This document shows positions 1 to 13,313 of a stretch of 64,000 bases of DNA, piece by piece. The DNA is taken from NCBI RefSeq assembly GCF_009834535.1, contig NC_045698.1, forward strand, positions 7,938,001 through 8,002,000, written 5' to 3'. This DNA is from Camelus ferus. Taxonomy: Eukaryota. Each line of letters opens with the position of its first letter. The stretch's first letter is position 1. Made by a program: the position numbers and the translations under genes. The notes beneath the pieces are model-generated. The model was not told where the DNA came from. It searched no databases and worked only from the letters and a program-made list of their open reading frames with translations.

Positions 1-1085
1 CATTAAAAATAATATAAAAAATTAAAAATGGGTAGTTCCTTAGGCCAAACCTCCTCCAGCTTTCTTTCTGAGGTCCCGGGAGTTGGCCGACCAGAAGGAA
101 TGGCCTCTGAGTTCTCTTTAACATTCCAGGGCAGGAAACTGCAGTGACCTTGGGGCTGAGGTAAAGGTTAATCCTTTTAGGATCTGACCCACCGAATCCT
201 TCGAAGTTGAGAGGCTCACAGAGATGAAATGAAAGGGCCGCAGGGGCTGGTGCACGCGTGCGAGGAGCGGATGGGAGAACTGAACCGTCAGAATCAATTA
301 CTGCAGACTGTCGCCTACCATCATCACTTCTGCTCCACAAACAGAATTCTTTTTAAAATAATCACATAAATACAAATGCTGAGATTCAAGCAGAATTATT
401 CTTGCTCATTTTCAAAATATGTACAGACTTTGGTTAACTCCAGAACCAACAAAGAGCGGGCTATTCTTTACACTAGGAAGTAAATCAGATCTGTGCTACT
501 ACACACTAAATTCTGGTCTAAGCTGATTCGTCCACCTGGGCCCCCATGAAGTTCGCAAACAACTTTGTTACAAGGTACGGCCATCAACGCTAAGGCGTTG
601 GTTTGGTCCAAAGCCAAAACTGATCCCAATAACACTCTGATGTTTAAATTTTAGCACGGGCAGCATACATAAAAAGTTTAGATCCATGGTATAGACTGAG
701 TGTAAGCAAGAGCTCCACATTCACTTAAATTTTTGATGAGTAGCTGAAAAAAATGATCTTGACTGTTGTTTCAGAGTCTGAGCTAATTTAATTTAAAATT
801 AACTAATTTTACAGACAAAAGATAATGACATTTTTTTGAAGCAGGCTCAAGACTCAGGTGTGTCTATGATCTCTCTTTCCATTCTAAGTGGAGTCTGCAG
901 ATCCAAGTTTCTTTAGAATTCTTCTATGAAATGTTCACAATAATGAAAGATCAGGCCAGATTCCAGGCATGGGAAGTGAGGCTTCTCTCCAACTGGAACA
1001 AGGCAATGTAGCTCCTGTCCAAGAATAGGGAAGCTTTTCCATGGCAATTTTTTGTAAATTAAATCGTAGTTGAAAATAGTTTTGA

Positions 1086-1647
1086 TGTAAAGCGTACTAG
1101 AATATGCCACCCCAAAGCATACCTCTTTGGTGCATGCATAATTTTGAGCACCAGCAGAGACAGGACAAGCTCTCAATGCAGCACAAGTTTTCCTATTGTA
1201 AAGGAATTTATCTTTACAAAGGAAATTTCCATTGGTCAAGAAGTCTCCCTCTCTGGTACCAGGAGGAGGAAATTCTTAACAACTCATCAATGGAGAAGGC
1301 ACTGACTTAACTCTGCACAACAATCCTTAACATACAACCACTGTAACAAATCTTAACATGCAACCTTTGTTTACCACGTTTCCTGGTCTCTTTCTCGTAA
1401 CTTGTCTCCGCCTCCTGGAAGCCACACCCCTTTTCCTTTGTTAGCCTAAGATAGTATCTAAGCCCAAGGTCTACCCATCTCTTTGGGTTATGCATCACTG
1501 GGCATCCCCCACGTGTATGTGTCATGTATATATTAATAAATTTCTGTTTTGCTCTTACTAATCTGTCTTTTGTCTGCCTAAATTACGGGACCTCAGCTGG
1601 AGAATCTAAGATGCGCAGAGGAAAAAAAATTTTTTTTCTCCTTTACA
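1086..1647 (+). mobile_element. Solo ERV1-class LTR, MER34-like
   Basis: Starts TGTAAAG and ends CTTTACA (7-bp terminal inverted repeat). AGAATATGCCACCCCAAA head typical of MER34-type LTRs. AATAAA at 1535-1540. No clean TSD. Confidence 0.75.
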
Positions 1648-2118
1648 GATGTCAACATCTCATAGTAACCATCTGTGAAAGTCATGGGTTCACGTCTGAT
1701 CGCAGCATTTTGTAAATGAACCATAGAATTCTGTATTTTTCAATTCCCAGAGCTCAAGTTAGGAATATAAAATTGTGCTTGCTTGAAACTATAGCCTTCT
1801 GCAATAACCTTGGATAGGCCAGAACCTTGAAAAAAGTGTCACCAAGGTACCCAGGCTGAGTTTTGTAATCTCTGGAAACTGGCCCCGGGCCTCTTTTTCT
1901 AAAAGAGGCTGCAGTTAAAGATTAAGTCCTTTTTCCTGACAATTGTCATATTCCTATATGTGCCAATAAAAATGAGTTCTTATACTTTGGTTGTGTTTCT
2001 CAGCAGTTTTGTGCCACCAGATTACATGTGTCAAATAAAGTAGCTTAAATTTGTGCTTCATAAATGATTGAGGGGAGCGAGAAGGAGGGAGGGAGCAAAA
2101 GATAGACAGTATGTATCC

Positions 2119-2157
2119 GTGTGTCTGTGTGTGTGTGTGCTTGATTGTGTGTGTGTG
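2119..2157. repeat. Interrupted (TG)n microsatellite
   Basis: Direct reading. Confidence 0.85.
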
Positions 2158-2259
2158 CACGTAGGGAGAGCAATTTAAAGACAAACATTCTCATTATATA
2201 ATGACTAAAAACAAAAGTGTGGTGGTTAAACCACCATAACGTCTGGTCCTGGCTTAAAT

Positions 2260-2631
2260 GACACTGGGACAGACTCATCTAACTGCCTGCTCCAGGAAGT
2301 ACTTGCCTCTGGGAGTTCAGACTCTGAACTCATCAGCTATTTACCAAAAGTAATAGCTTGCTCATCAAAACTTACCCCAAGACCCCGGCCCCGCCGTGCC
2401 ACCAGCCCAGAGCTGTTGTGTTATAAATTCTGCCCAACCCCACTGGCTCCACCTTGCAGTGCACACCTTCGAATCACCCAGCCAAGGACCTGAGGCCCCA
2501 TCGATGCTCTGCCCAGTTATTCCTTTGGACACTTGCCAGGTAGCGCTCTCCTTTACTGCAGTATGTCTAAGACACTTAGCTTTCTTTGCTTAATCAACAG
2601 GTTTTTCCAGTGGCCTTTGAGGAAGCTGACA
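2260..2631 (+). mobile_element. Probable old LTR remnant (MER90/MER110-like)
   Basis: TATAAA near 2422 and an LTR-like 3' end (ttagcc...gcttaatcaacagg...gctgaca). Family assignment is uncertain. Confidence 0.4.
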
Positions 2632-3109
2632 GGTGACAAGCCACGCCCATGTACATTACTAAAAAAAAAATGAGTAGATAGTTAATTTCATCTTCAATAA
2701 ACATGGAGGCTGGCAAATGCCTGAGTCTGCAGGGCATCCATGGGCCATAAAGTCACTGACTTGATGGGAGTGGACGACAACGGGTGTTACACTGCTTGCA
2801 GCTCTATTAAGTACTTACTATAACCCAGAGGTTACACAGCCCACGCTCTTCTTGGTGGCCCCAGGCTGCCATCCCAAATATTCTGGGCCAAGAGTGAGGA
2901 GGCAAATTTGAAATTATACAGGCTTGTACACAGATAGGGATGACATCACCTTGGCGATGTTTTTACACTACAGGTAGTGCCTCATTCTCCTATGGGAGGC
3001 AACATAAGGACTCAGACTGAGTTGTGGGAACATCCTTAGCTAAGAATCTCTGGAAAGGGGACAGCTGGGGACAGTCATCTACACGGAGCCGATTTAAAGC
3101 AGACCCTTG

Positions 3110-3355
3110 ATGTGGAGAACAAACTAGTGGTTACCAGTAGGGATACGGAAGTGGAGAGGGGAGTGTAGGCGTAGCGGAGTATGAGGTACAAACTATTAGG
3201 TATAAAATAAGCTACAAGGATACACCTGTACAACACAGGGAATACAGCCAATATCTCATAATAACTATAAATGGAGTATAACCTTTAAAAATTGTGAATC
3301 ACTATGCTGTACACTGTAACTTATATAACACTGTACATCAACTATAATAAAAATT
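3110..3355 (+). mobile_element. 5'-truncated L1 3' end (older Laurasiatherian type)
   Basis: gagaacaaactagtggttaccag...ggtacaaactattagg...tgtgaatcactatgctgtacac...caactat followed by an A-rich tail. Confidence 0.85.
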
Positions 3356-3694
3356 TTTAAGAAGTACACCCTTAGTTCCTATGACTCTCAAAGAAAAGCA
3401 GTCTTGATGAAGACATGGATGGCAGAGTGAAAACAGAGAGTGCTGGGAATCAGAGACTGGAGTTTTAACTCAGCTCTCACACAACTAGGATTAAACAGAA
3501 TTCAGCTTTTAGGAGGCCCTCAAGAGGGGCGTTACTGAATGGATGAATAGTCGAAAGAATGAACAAGTACATTAATGAAGTTACTGGGTTGTGGCTTAAG
3601 TACAAGGATCTCAAATTTTACAGAGCACGGCTGAGCCAGGCATCCCAAATAAGATCACACTGAAAAAGCAATGAGAATAACAGCCAAAAATATC

Positions 3695-3830
3695 TGCCAC
3701 TGTTGAGTTCTTCTTATATGGTAGGGTCTTTGCTAGTCACCCTGTGTGTTATTAACTCGGGGAAACCCTCAACCAATTGCATTTTACAGATGAGGAAACA
3801 GATACAGAGAAGGTGAGTCCCTCTTCTAAT
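3695..3830 (-). mobile_element. MIR SINE remnant
   Basis: Core cattttacagatgaggaaac...agagaaggtgag. Confidence 0.7.
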
Positions 3831-6174
3831 GGCACTGCCCTTGAAGGTGAAAGTGAAGGTCAGGCAAGAGTGTGACCGTTATGCATACGAACAATCAGAC
3901 AAATGTCAGGCACATAAATCTGCTCCTTGAAATCGGAGAACGGCGATGCGGCTTGCAGTCCTTTGAAGCAGAATACATGAACACAAGAGAATGTTTTCCT
4001 TTTCATCTTTTGCCAGTTTCTTTTTAGCCTCAGGTCATAGAACTTGAGAAATTTCAAGAAGTCATTTGAGTTCACAGAATGAAGAACATTCAGTTTTGAA
4101 ACAACTTTTACAAATAATTTTTCTTGCAAACACTTAATTCTGCTGACCTCTACTAAAAATATACACAGCTACAATCTTCCACGGAAAATACTGAACAAAA
4201 AAAAAAAATCAGATTGAGATGAAGGCTAACTTAAAACTCAATCCTTCCTCTGTCCACATCATTAATTTTAAAACTAGGTCTTATTTTCAGTCAAGTCAAA
4301 ATCGTCTGACATGGTCGCTCCATTGTCATAATACTACTGGTCATCACAAGCCCTCATTTACTGAGCCATTACCAGGTCACATGAACTGTTTTATTAAATC
4401 CTTACCCCAAGCCTGGGACAGAGGTACTGCAATTGATTTCATTTAACAGATTCATAACGAAAGATTTAAGAGGTTACAAAAATCCCCCAGGACAGGTAAC
4501 AAACAAGAGAGACAGAGCTGGAATATAAATACATGCTCTCACACTCCAAATTATCTTGCCTTTTAGAGACATTCCGTTCAGACGTTATTCTTCATAGAAA
4601 ATATGATGACAGTGAATTAGAACATTAAGACTCACTTATAATCTCTGATGATCACCCTCAAATTTGTATTTCTGTGTTTCATTTCCATAACTCCAAGTTT
4701 GAACATTTATTATTGTATTTTTTCCTTGCAACATATTTTCTTCTCTCTCATATTCCTCAAGATAATCTACTACCCAAACCAGAGACTGGGGAAAGTATGC
4801 ATTTCTTTGTGTCATTTCTATGGTTTTAATTTTTCAGCAGGCATTCTGAGTGCCTACAAACAAGGTATTGCTAGGCACTATGGACACTATCTAGTAAATT
4901 AATCAGAGTCTACTTGGGGAGATAAAATGTATACTTGCCCAATGAAAAATGAAATTTACACTATACAGCGTTCTGTATGATGACTATGAACTGTCAGAGA
5001 CGGTGTGCCATGAAAATTCAGGTAACAAAAAATCACCAGGGGAAGGAATCCCAGAGACTATAGTGGAGGTGGCCCTTGAGGGATGAGAACAGGCAGCCAG
5101 GTGTCCAGAAAGAAAGAGAAAATCCTTACAGACATGAATGGGTAACAGATGATGATGTCAATGTCCATGGTAGACACCCACTAAAATGTCAGCCAAGTAA
5201 AGAAACACATTACTCAGCAATCAGATGGATACTTAATATTTAGATAATCATAGGCTTACATCAGAATAATAGCCGCCATGCTATCCCACGGGGAAATTAA
5301 GAAGAACATGCATGCACAGTCTCCATCTTTGGAAATTCTGATATAAGTGGTCTCACGTGGGCCCTGCACCGGCATTTTTTTTAAAGTAGCCAGAGTGAAG
5401 AACCCCTAGGAAGTTACTGTATCGTTGTCTTGGTGGGTCTAACTGAGTCAGTCTCTCCCATTACAACTTCTCTCTGATGAACACAGGAAAACCAGCAGCT
5501 CTGAGTAAAGGAAAGTGAAGAATGCGCTTCGCGAGGTGTTTGTACTTTACACCTCCGTGACCCAGCAGAGTGATTCGCGTCTTCATTTGCTCATTCATCT
5601 GATTATTCATTTACTCAATACACAAAAAATATTCTTTGTCCAGCAAGAACTGTTTCAAGCCTTAGAACGAGCAAGGCACCTAAGAATTCAGTTCTACAAG
5701 CATTCAGCAGCTTGGGGGCAGTTCCCCTGCAGAGCTGGGGACACTGCGATGAAAACGGGACAGCAGACGTCTCACGTGTCGGGAGCTTTGGTGGACCTAC
5801 CGAGACTAGGACGTCAAAAGGCCTCATAAAAGTCAGATCAGACCGAGAGGACATCACGTTCAGGGAAGACAAGGAAGGTCTGCGTGCCTGGAGAATTGTG
5901 CGGGGCGTGTGAGAGGCGTTCCATTTCCTCCCTCCGCAATGAGTGATTTTCAGAAAGGATGGCATTGTTGATGTCAAGACTCTGAGAGGAGAGTGGGATG
6001 TAGGTGCTCTGTGTTTAGGATCCAAGGAAAATCCTTGCACTTTTGTTTTTTAAGCGTCTAGATAGGAACAGTGATGTTCAATTATAAAGTCACTTTCCTA
6101 TCAGCTCCGTATCTACAGCACTATGACGTCTAACGCTGTCTAGTCAGGACTCACACTGCTGTGTAAAAAAACCA

Positions 6175-6389
6175 GGGATACATCAGGAGTTTGGGATTAG
6201 CAGATACAAACTACTATATACATAACAGATAAACAAGGTCCTACTGTATAGCACTGGGAACAATACTCAATACCTTGTAATAACCTACAATGAAAAAGAA
6301 ACTATACATGTATAACTGAATCACAATACTGTACACCAGAAACTAACACAACATTGTAAATCAAGTAAACTTGAATTAAAAAAAAAAAT
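6175..6389 (+). mobile_element. 5'-truncated cetartiodactyl-type L1 3' end
   Basis: ggagtttgggattagcagatacaaactactatat...gtacaccagaaactaacacaacattgtaaatcaa followed by an A tail. Confidence 0.9.
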
Positions 6390-7004
6390 CAAGTGTGCCC
6401 TTGTGTCGAAGCTCCCAAACACTCCTGCCCTGGAACACACAGCCAGGTTCAGCCAATGGAGGAATCTGTGGGAGGCCAGAAGGCACGAGGAGAGAGAGCT
6501 GGGGTGTTTCTGCTTCCCCTGCACCCCCTCCTTGGTTCTGCCCACAGGGCTGGGACCCTTAGTGGCTACAGCACCCCCACCCCAAGGCTCCTGATCTTCT
6601 GGGATCTAGAAACACCATTCCCTCCCACTGTTCCTACAGATGATGGCTGTAGATGATGGCTGCCTGGCCATCCCAGGCTCAGCCCCTTGCCCTGCCCACA
6701 CCTTGGAAAAGGGTCCCTTCAGGCAAGTCTCTCCAGCATCCTAGCTGAATAGACCTCATGTGTCCTACTGGCACCCTGACGAGAGCATGCGGGGAGGGGG
6801 CATATACTAAAAAGGGCCTTGGAGGCCGTGGTCAGAAGTTTCTGTTTTATCAATGAGTGCAGAGGGACATCATTTAGCAGGTAACTGTCGCAACTAGATC
6901 TTTGTTTTTACAATGTTTCCCTCCTTCTGGTGCATCCTACAGCACTAAAAAACAAAGTACAACATTAATTCCCAGTCACTCAGCTACTGTACCTTTTTAA
7001 AAAA

Positions 7005-7150
7005 CTTTTTTTAAATTATTAAGATGAAATTGACATAACATCAAAGTAACCAGTTTAAAGTATACAGATCAGTGGCATTTAGTGCATTCACAATGATGTG
7101 TGACCATCACCTTGATCTAGTCCAAAACACTTCCATCACCCTAAAAGGAC
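7005..7150 (-). mobile_element. Old L1 (L1MB-like) 3' end fragment
   Basis: T-rich start then gaaattgacataac...tttaaagtatacag..cagtggcatttagt.cattcacaatg. Confidence 0.7.
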
Positions 7151-7159
7151 AGCTGGTTT

Positions 7160-7690
7160 TTCAAGACCATTCTGGAAGTTTTCAGCAGAGAATGGGCTGA
7201 AATGAGGTAAGGAGTGAGCAGGCCGGTTAGAAGGCTACTTCGATTTCCAGGGGCGAAATGATCAGGCCAGCAGAGATGGAAGCAGTCAGGTCTGACTTAC
7301 AATGTCTGGCCTGGCAGATGGACTGGGCGTAGGGGCCGATGAAATGGAAAGGTCCTGGCCTTGTGCAACAGAGGTGAGGAGGACTGGAGGAAAAAGAGGT
7401 CTGGAGAGAAACTGCAGATTGCAGTCTCGGATGTGTTAACTGTGAGATGCCAAATAGACACCCAACAGAGATGTCAAGAGGCAGCTGGATGCATGAGTCT
7501 GGAGCTCAGCCCTCCAGAGATAAATTTAGCGCCGTCTGCGGTTAGATGGTATTTAAATCTGTGGGACTGGATGGAGTTACAGAAATAGAGTTCAGAATAA
7601 AGAACCAAAAGCCCAGCGCGGGTCCTAAGCACTGCCTGCATTTAGAGTCTGGTGGCGAAGGCTTTTTGGCAGGAAGAAGAAAAGCACTAC
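7160..7690 (-). mobile_element. L2 LINE remnant
   Basis: Purine-rich L2-like text (gagatgtcaagaggcagctggatgcatgagtctggagctcag...gatggtatttaaa). Confidence 0.6.
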
Positions 7691-7754
7691 GAAAAACGCA
7701 GCGGCACAGACTGTTAACCGTGGGAAACGCTTCTCCTGAGTCTGAGCAGATACC

Positions 7755-7882
7755 TTTTTTTGTTAGTTGCTGAGTTGTTTCTTTGTTTGTTTGTTTTAAA
7801 GGAGGCACTGGGGATTGAACCAGGACCTCGTGCACGCTAAGCATGCGCTCTGCCACTGAGCTACACCCACTGCCCCGCCCCG
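7755..7882 (-). mobile_element. tRNA-Ala-derived SINE, camelid vic-1 type
   Basis: Minus strand reads GGGTGTAGCTCAGTGGCAGAGCGCATGCTTAGCGTGCACGAGGTCCTGGTTCAATCCCCAGTGCCTCC then an A-rich (AAAC)n tail. A box, B box and AGC anticodon loop are visible. Confidence 0.85.
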
Positions 7883-10800
7883 AGCTTTTTTTTTAAATCA
7901 TAGGGACTCTGAAAGTTCAAGTTCTTTTATTATCCGCATTCATGAAAAACCGAGCTGCCGTTCTCATTTAAAAGCATCTGTTTTAGGCCCATCAGTGGGT
8001 TGACTGAGGACAAATGAAAATGAGTTATCCAGCTGATCCTTACAGCATGTATTCAGTGACTATAAGCAGAACAAATGACATGAGGGGATAAAATCACTTA
8101 TTTTAGGTATTTCCCGAATCAAAGCAGCAGCCACAGAACCAGAGCGCGGCAAAGCGTGCATAACGGCAAGGCCTCTATTATGATTGGAATGTAAAACGTA
8201 ATAGGATTTTCAGAAAACAATTTAGGCAAAGTGACAATCTTGCTTACTGAAATGCTATGTGACATTCAGCATTACTCCTTCAGGTAAAATTACAAAATTG
8301 ATAAAATGACTTTTAGAGCTATTGTTGAATATGCCGCACAAATGTAATGCATTTATCTGTTGACTAAGCCTCAGGTTAGTACAAAAACGACACCGTTTCC
8401 TGAGAATTGAAGGCGACTTTTACTGAGTCATTAAGCCAAAACTTGGGATTTTCTACACTTTGTTTCGAACCAAATTTTAGAATACGTCTATTTTTGTTTG
8501 ACATTAGCAGTATCTCTGCATGGATAGAGAGTAAAAGAATGAACTCCCTCTTACAGGATAGTTAATTTCTATCAGATTTTAATTTCCCCCAAAGTGCACG
8601 CTTTTGTATATACTTTTGGTATATAAGGTTTTCTAAGATAATAATAATGTTATTTTTCTGATTATAAAATTAATGCAGAATAACCATAAAATCATCAGTC
8701 TATTGAAAAAAGATGAAGGAGAAGGAGGGGAAGACAAGAAACCCACGAGAGATAATCATGTTTGAGGGAACACGCTTGGTGTACGTCCTTGTGGGTCACT
8801 TTACAGAAACAGAACCGCAGTATACTCGCTGTTTAATATGTTCCTTGTATTCAACGTGTGTCATGGATATATATTGATATCAACAAATATCTAGTTATCA
8901 ACAAATGCCTATATCTAAATAAAAATATCTTAATTTTTAACGCATGGTAGGGTTTTATCTGACGGACTGTTTTCATCCAGTTGTGGACTGATGGACATTC
9001 AGGTAGTTTCTGATTTTTTTTTTTTTTTTGTGCTGACATTGGCTCCTACTGTGTGCCAGGAAATATTTTACATGCTTTCTGTCTATTAACTCACTGGGCC
9101 TTAAGATTTTTCTTAGTAGCTTCTCAGTATAAATTCCTATAACTTGAACAGCTAGGTAAAGAGTCTTTACATTTTAAGTGCTGAGGCACATTGCCAAAAT
9201 GCTCCCCAGAAGCATGGCACTCGTGGCACTTTCAGCAGTGATGCCCAGTCTGCTGGCTCCAGCCAACGCTGCAAGCCAGCCATCATTCTGATCTTTGGAG
9301 AGCTAACACCAAACACAGTGTCTCTTCCCACTGGCATTCCTTTCAATTAAACCTCTCCTTATGAGTATGTTAGCTGCTTGCATGTTGTTTTCTGAAATGC
9401 CAGATCGTAATTTTGATTTTATTTCCCAATTGGGTCATGCTTGGGAATAAACATATACATAAAGCTACTGAAAGTTGCAAAGCTTGTGAAGACCCAGAAG
9501 AATTTAGAGGGTATCAGAACTAGTACTGATGCCCACAATCATTATTTCTTTTTCCTATCTCTGATCTTCCTCTTTTGTTTTTTTTTTAGTACTGATACCA
9601 CATTTCACTTGTAATGGTACTTTCGAATTCATTTGTTTTCTATGACTATTCCTTCTTTTTAAAATCCAGGTGGCATCTGTCTTTGCTGTTTCCCACTGAC
9701 ATGATTTGTCTTGTATCCTTGTGTCCTGCTAGGAGCAAGCTTAAACGATGACAAACAGAATGTGCAAAAAGACTTTGGGGAACCTGCAGCCAATAGACAT
9801 GTATGTTGTTGACAACGGATGTTAACACTGTTTCAATGGCAAACTCTCTTCCCTGTTGCCAGAGTCTAAGGCCGTAAGGCCCGAGCCATCCTCATTAGGA
9901 AGCAGACGCACTGCATTGTGTTTGTAGGTTGAGGGTGGTAGCATTGATGTGGCTGAAGAGCAGGACGAACTCAACCCGTGGAATGAGCTCCAACTTACCT
10001 AACTAGTAATTCCTCCCCCTCTCTCCATAGCATGCTACTCAGATGTGCAGCTTCCTTCCCCCAACCTGTAATAATGGGAACTCAGGATCCAGCATCATCC
10101 TAATTGGACTCTGTTGGCACAATTCTGATTCATTATTTCTAGCTTAAAATACCACATCATTTTTATCTAGAAATACCACAATAATCTAACTGCTTTCACC
10201 ACCCCTGTTTATCCCAAACCCGGCTATTTATTCCAATCCATCATGTCACTGCTGTCAGACTAATGTTCCTACCCGGCAGTAGGGATTCGTGTCACTGCCC
10301 CACTCAACAACCATCTGTTTGTCCCCACCACCAACAGATTTAAGAAAAAAATGACTTAATAAGAGAGCAAATGACATACTGTAAGAGCAAGGCAGTAGGA
10401 TTTGCTGATGCGTTATTCATACAAGTTTTTAAAATAAATTCTTAAAGAGAGTTAAGGATAATAGCATTAAAAAAAAAAGCTTCTCTTCTGGAGTCTGAGC
10501 TAATGAAGTCCAGATACACAGTCCTCCGACTGATTGTTACAGACAGATGGACTTTATAACACCTGTAAAGTTGGGTGAGTATTACATCTCTTAGCTAAAC
10601 TTAACAAATCCCCAAACACTTAGATTTTCAGCATGGAGTAAATAAGACTTTAGAGTTCTAAGAAGAGTGGGTTGTAGCTAGTCTGTGTCTTAGACTCAAG
10701 AGAAATTCTTGTGCTTTTGCTTCTAGGTGTCCAGATAGGAAAAGCAAAGTTCAGATACAAAACTCAAGGCTTATGGCTTTCAGTTTCCTGCCAACTCTAC

Positions 10801-11385
10801 AGCTACAGAATGGCGACATCTAACAGACTATCTCTGGTCAGGACCTACATCGTTACTGAAAAATGAAAAACAGCAAACAAATTCTTGTCTACTCAAGGAT
10901 GGAAGGCACTATTTATTTGAGACTCTAGAGTTTTTAAGAGAAAAAAATAATCAAAATATATGTAAAACAGATATGCACCACAAATGATTAAGAACAACTT
11001 TCACTTGTCAACTCCTACAGGCTAAAAAAATAGGAGAAGTGAGATTCTGAGGGGCATCATTAGATCTATAATACGCCCTCATTAAACTATGTGGAGTTAA
11101 CCCTTAGATAGAAATGTTTATAACATCCATTTAAATTCTGAAAAGTATCTTGCAAAAACAACTTTTGTGACTTTTGATATTGAGTTGTTTTTATGGCAAT
11201 ATTTAGATAGCATTGTCTATTATATTTCCAAGTGCATTATGTTTCATGATAATAAAATATCCTTAGATGGAAAGTATCCTCAATTTTATTACATAAAAAC
11301 ATGCATCAATTAATTTAAAACTATGTCAAGTTGTTTATATCAGAGAAGTGTATATAAAGTAACACATTGATTCCTGATAGTTACT

Positions 11386-11583
11386 GGTATGGTGGTGGTG
11401 AAGGTTGTGGTAGTGGTGGTGATGATGATGGTGGTGCAGGTGGTAATGGTGATGACGGTGATGATGGTGGAAGTGGTGATGGTGGTGGAGGTGGTGATGG
11501 TGGTGGAGGTGGTGATAACAGTGATGGAGGTGGAGGTGGTGATGATGGTGATGGAGGTGGTGAGGAGATGGTGGTGGAAGTGG
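11386..11583. repeat. Degenerate (GGT/GAT/GGA)n trinucleotide repeat, about 200 bp
   Basis: Direct reading. It explains the spurious poly-His, poly-Gly and poly-Val ORFs. Confidence 0.95.
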
Positions 11584-11621
11584 CAATGGAGATAATAATG
11601 AAATAGAAAAGGAAGAATTCA

Positions 11622-12830
11622 GAGAGACGGAGAAGATGGCGGAGTAGAAGGGCGCTCGCAGGTCACTCTCTCCCACAAATACACCAAGACCCACATCTAC
11701 AGACCCACTCAGCCAACCAGAGCACCTGTGGAACTCCGACAGAACATCGCCCTCTTCAAAAGATAAAGACGCCAAAAATCTGGTAGGAGAAAAGGAAAAA
11801 AGAAAGAACAAAAGGCAAAGCAGCGCGGGACAGGTCCCGCAGGGAAAGAGCGGCAATGGAGAACTGGCGCTCGCTCGCTGGGTCTCCCCTCTCCAACTGA
11901 GAGGCCAGCGGGACGGAGGGGGAGCCTCCGAGGCTAGGATCTGTACAGAGCAGCCCTTGACTAACAGAACTAAGTTAAACGGGCACAGAGCGTCCCCCCG
12001 ACACCCAGCCTGAGACGCAGGCTGGCAGCGGCGGGCAGGGCCAGGCTGCACAAGCCGGGCGGAGGACGGGGGCGGCTGCACGGAGGCAGCCCCAGGGGAA
12101 CGCAAGGGGCTGCGCGCCGTGGCTGTGGGTGCACAGGGCAGAACAACCTGGGACCTCCATAAAACAGCAAGGTTGATGTGCTCTCTGGGGAAAGGTGCAC
12201 ACCCCCATCTCTGAAATCCCGCGGAAAGTTTTCGGGGGAAGAGAGGCGGGGCTCAGGCATAGCCGCCATATCCTCCGCGCTTAGCACCCAGGCGGGGGCG
12301 GGGGCGGGGGCGGGGCGGGGGCGAAACCTGCATCCGCACGGAAGGGCTTAGCAGCCTCAAAGGCCAGAGTGAGACTGGCCTGCAGCCCGGGGCAGACAGG
12401 ATCCTTCCATCCTGGTCCCTCAGAGAACTTGCTCCACAAAGACAAACAAGGAGCTGGGTTTTGGCTCGGAGCAGGGACAGGGCTGTCCCTCGGTCTTCCC
12501 CGAGCCCACCCGCGGAGCGCCGACCAGGGCGGAGCGCGCAGCCGCACAGAGCAGCGGAGCTACCGGCGGCGCAGGTAGAGCGAGAGCGGCCCCCCGCCTT
12601 TCGGGCAGGAACACAGCCCCTGACCGAGGTGCTGGGAGGGGGCACGACCCGCCCTCCTACCCGGCCAGTCTGCAACATCTGACTGCGGCATCCGGAGGGG
12701 CAGCGACCCGCCCGCCCACAGCAGAGAGCTGCACCTGACCCAGTGTTAGGAGGAGGCGCGATCTGCTTGCCGACAGGTGCTGGGAGCAGCACAGAAGAGG
12801 GCGCCAACGGAGGGCCTCTGAAAACAGCAA
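11622..12830 (+). promoter_or_regulatory. L1 internal promoter / CpG island with YY1 site and GC-box cluster
   Basis: AAGATGGCGG near 11633-11642, dense retained CpGs at about 11820-12820, and tandem GGGGCG units at 12291-12323. Confidence 0.8.
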
Positions 12831-13313
12831 GCTGAGCTTCCAAAACAGGACGAAGACAGAAAGACTTCACATTAAAAGCACACAGACTCCAGGAGAACAC
12901 CGACAAATCCCCCCCCCCCCTTTTTTTAAGTCTGTTTTTACCTGTTCTATTTTCTATTACTCTCTTAATTTTTACTTCTTAATTCATTTCTATTTCTCTT
13001 GGGTTTTGGTGTCCTGCTATTGATTAGACACAGGTTTCAAATACATCTATTCATTTCCCCCCCCCCCTTTTTTTGTAAAGGTTTTAAAAGGACGTCTCAA
13101 CCCGATTAATACTCTGCTTCAACTCACTCTTCTATTATTCATTATACACTGTTTTCAAACCCTCTTTCTCCCTTCTTTTAAAATTCTTTCTCTCTCTCTT
13201 ATTTTTTTTTCTTTCTTTCCTAAGTTCTATTCCTAAATAGGCATTAGATAGATAAAATCCTTAAGGACCAAAATAAACAACTGATACTCCATAAACCACA
13301 GTGCCAAAGAGGT

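Noticed and set aside
7801..7870. Apparent tRNA-Ala(AGC) gene
   Set aside because: The acceptor and T stems are imperfect and an A-rich tail follows, so it is a tRNA-derived SINE.
11335..12105. 256-aa minus-strand ORF with a poly-His tract, plus overlapping Gly-rich and Val/Met-rich ORFs
   Set aside because: It starts at TTG, crosses the L1/TSD junction, and its composition comes from the (GGT/GAT)n repeat.
12253..12906. 217-aa antisense ORF in the L1 5'UTR
   Set aside because: TTG start and GC-rich, stop-poor sequence with no recognisable domain.
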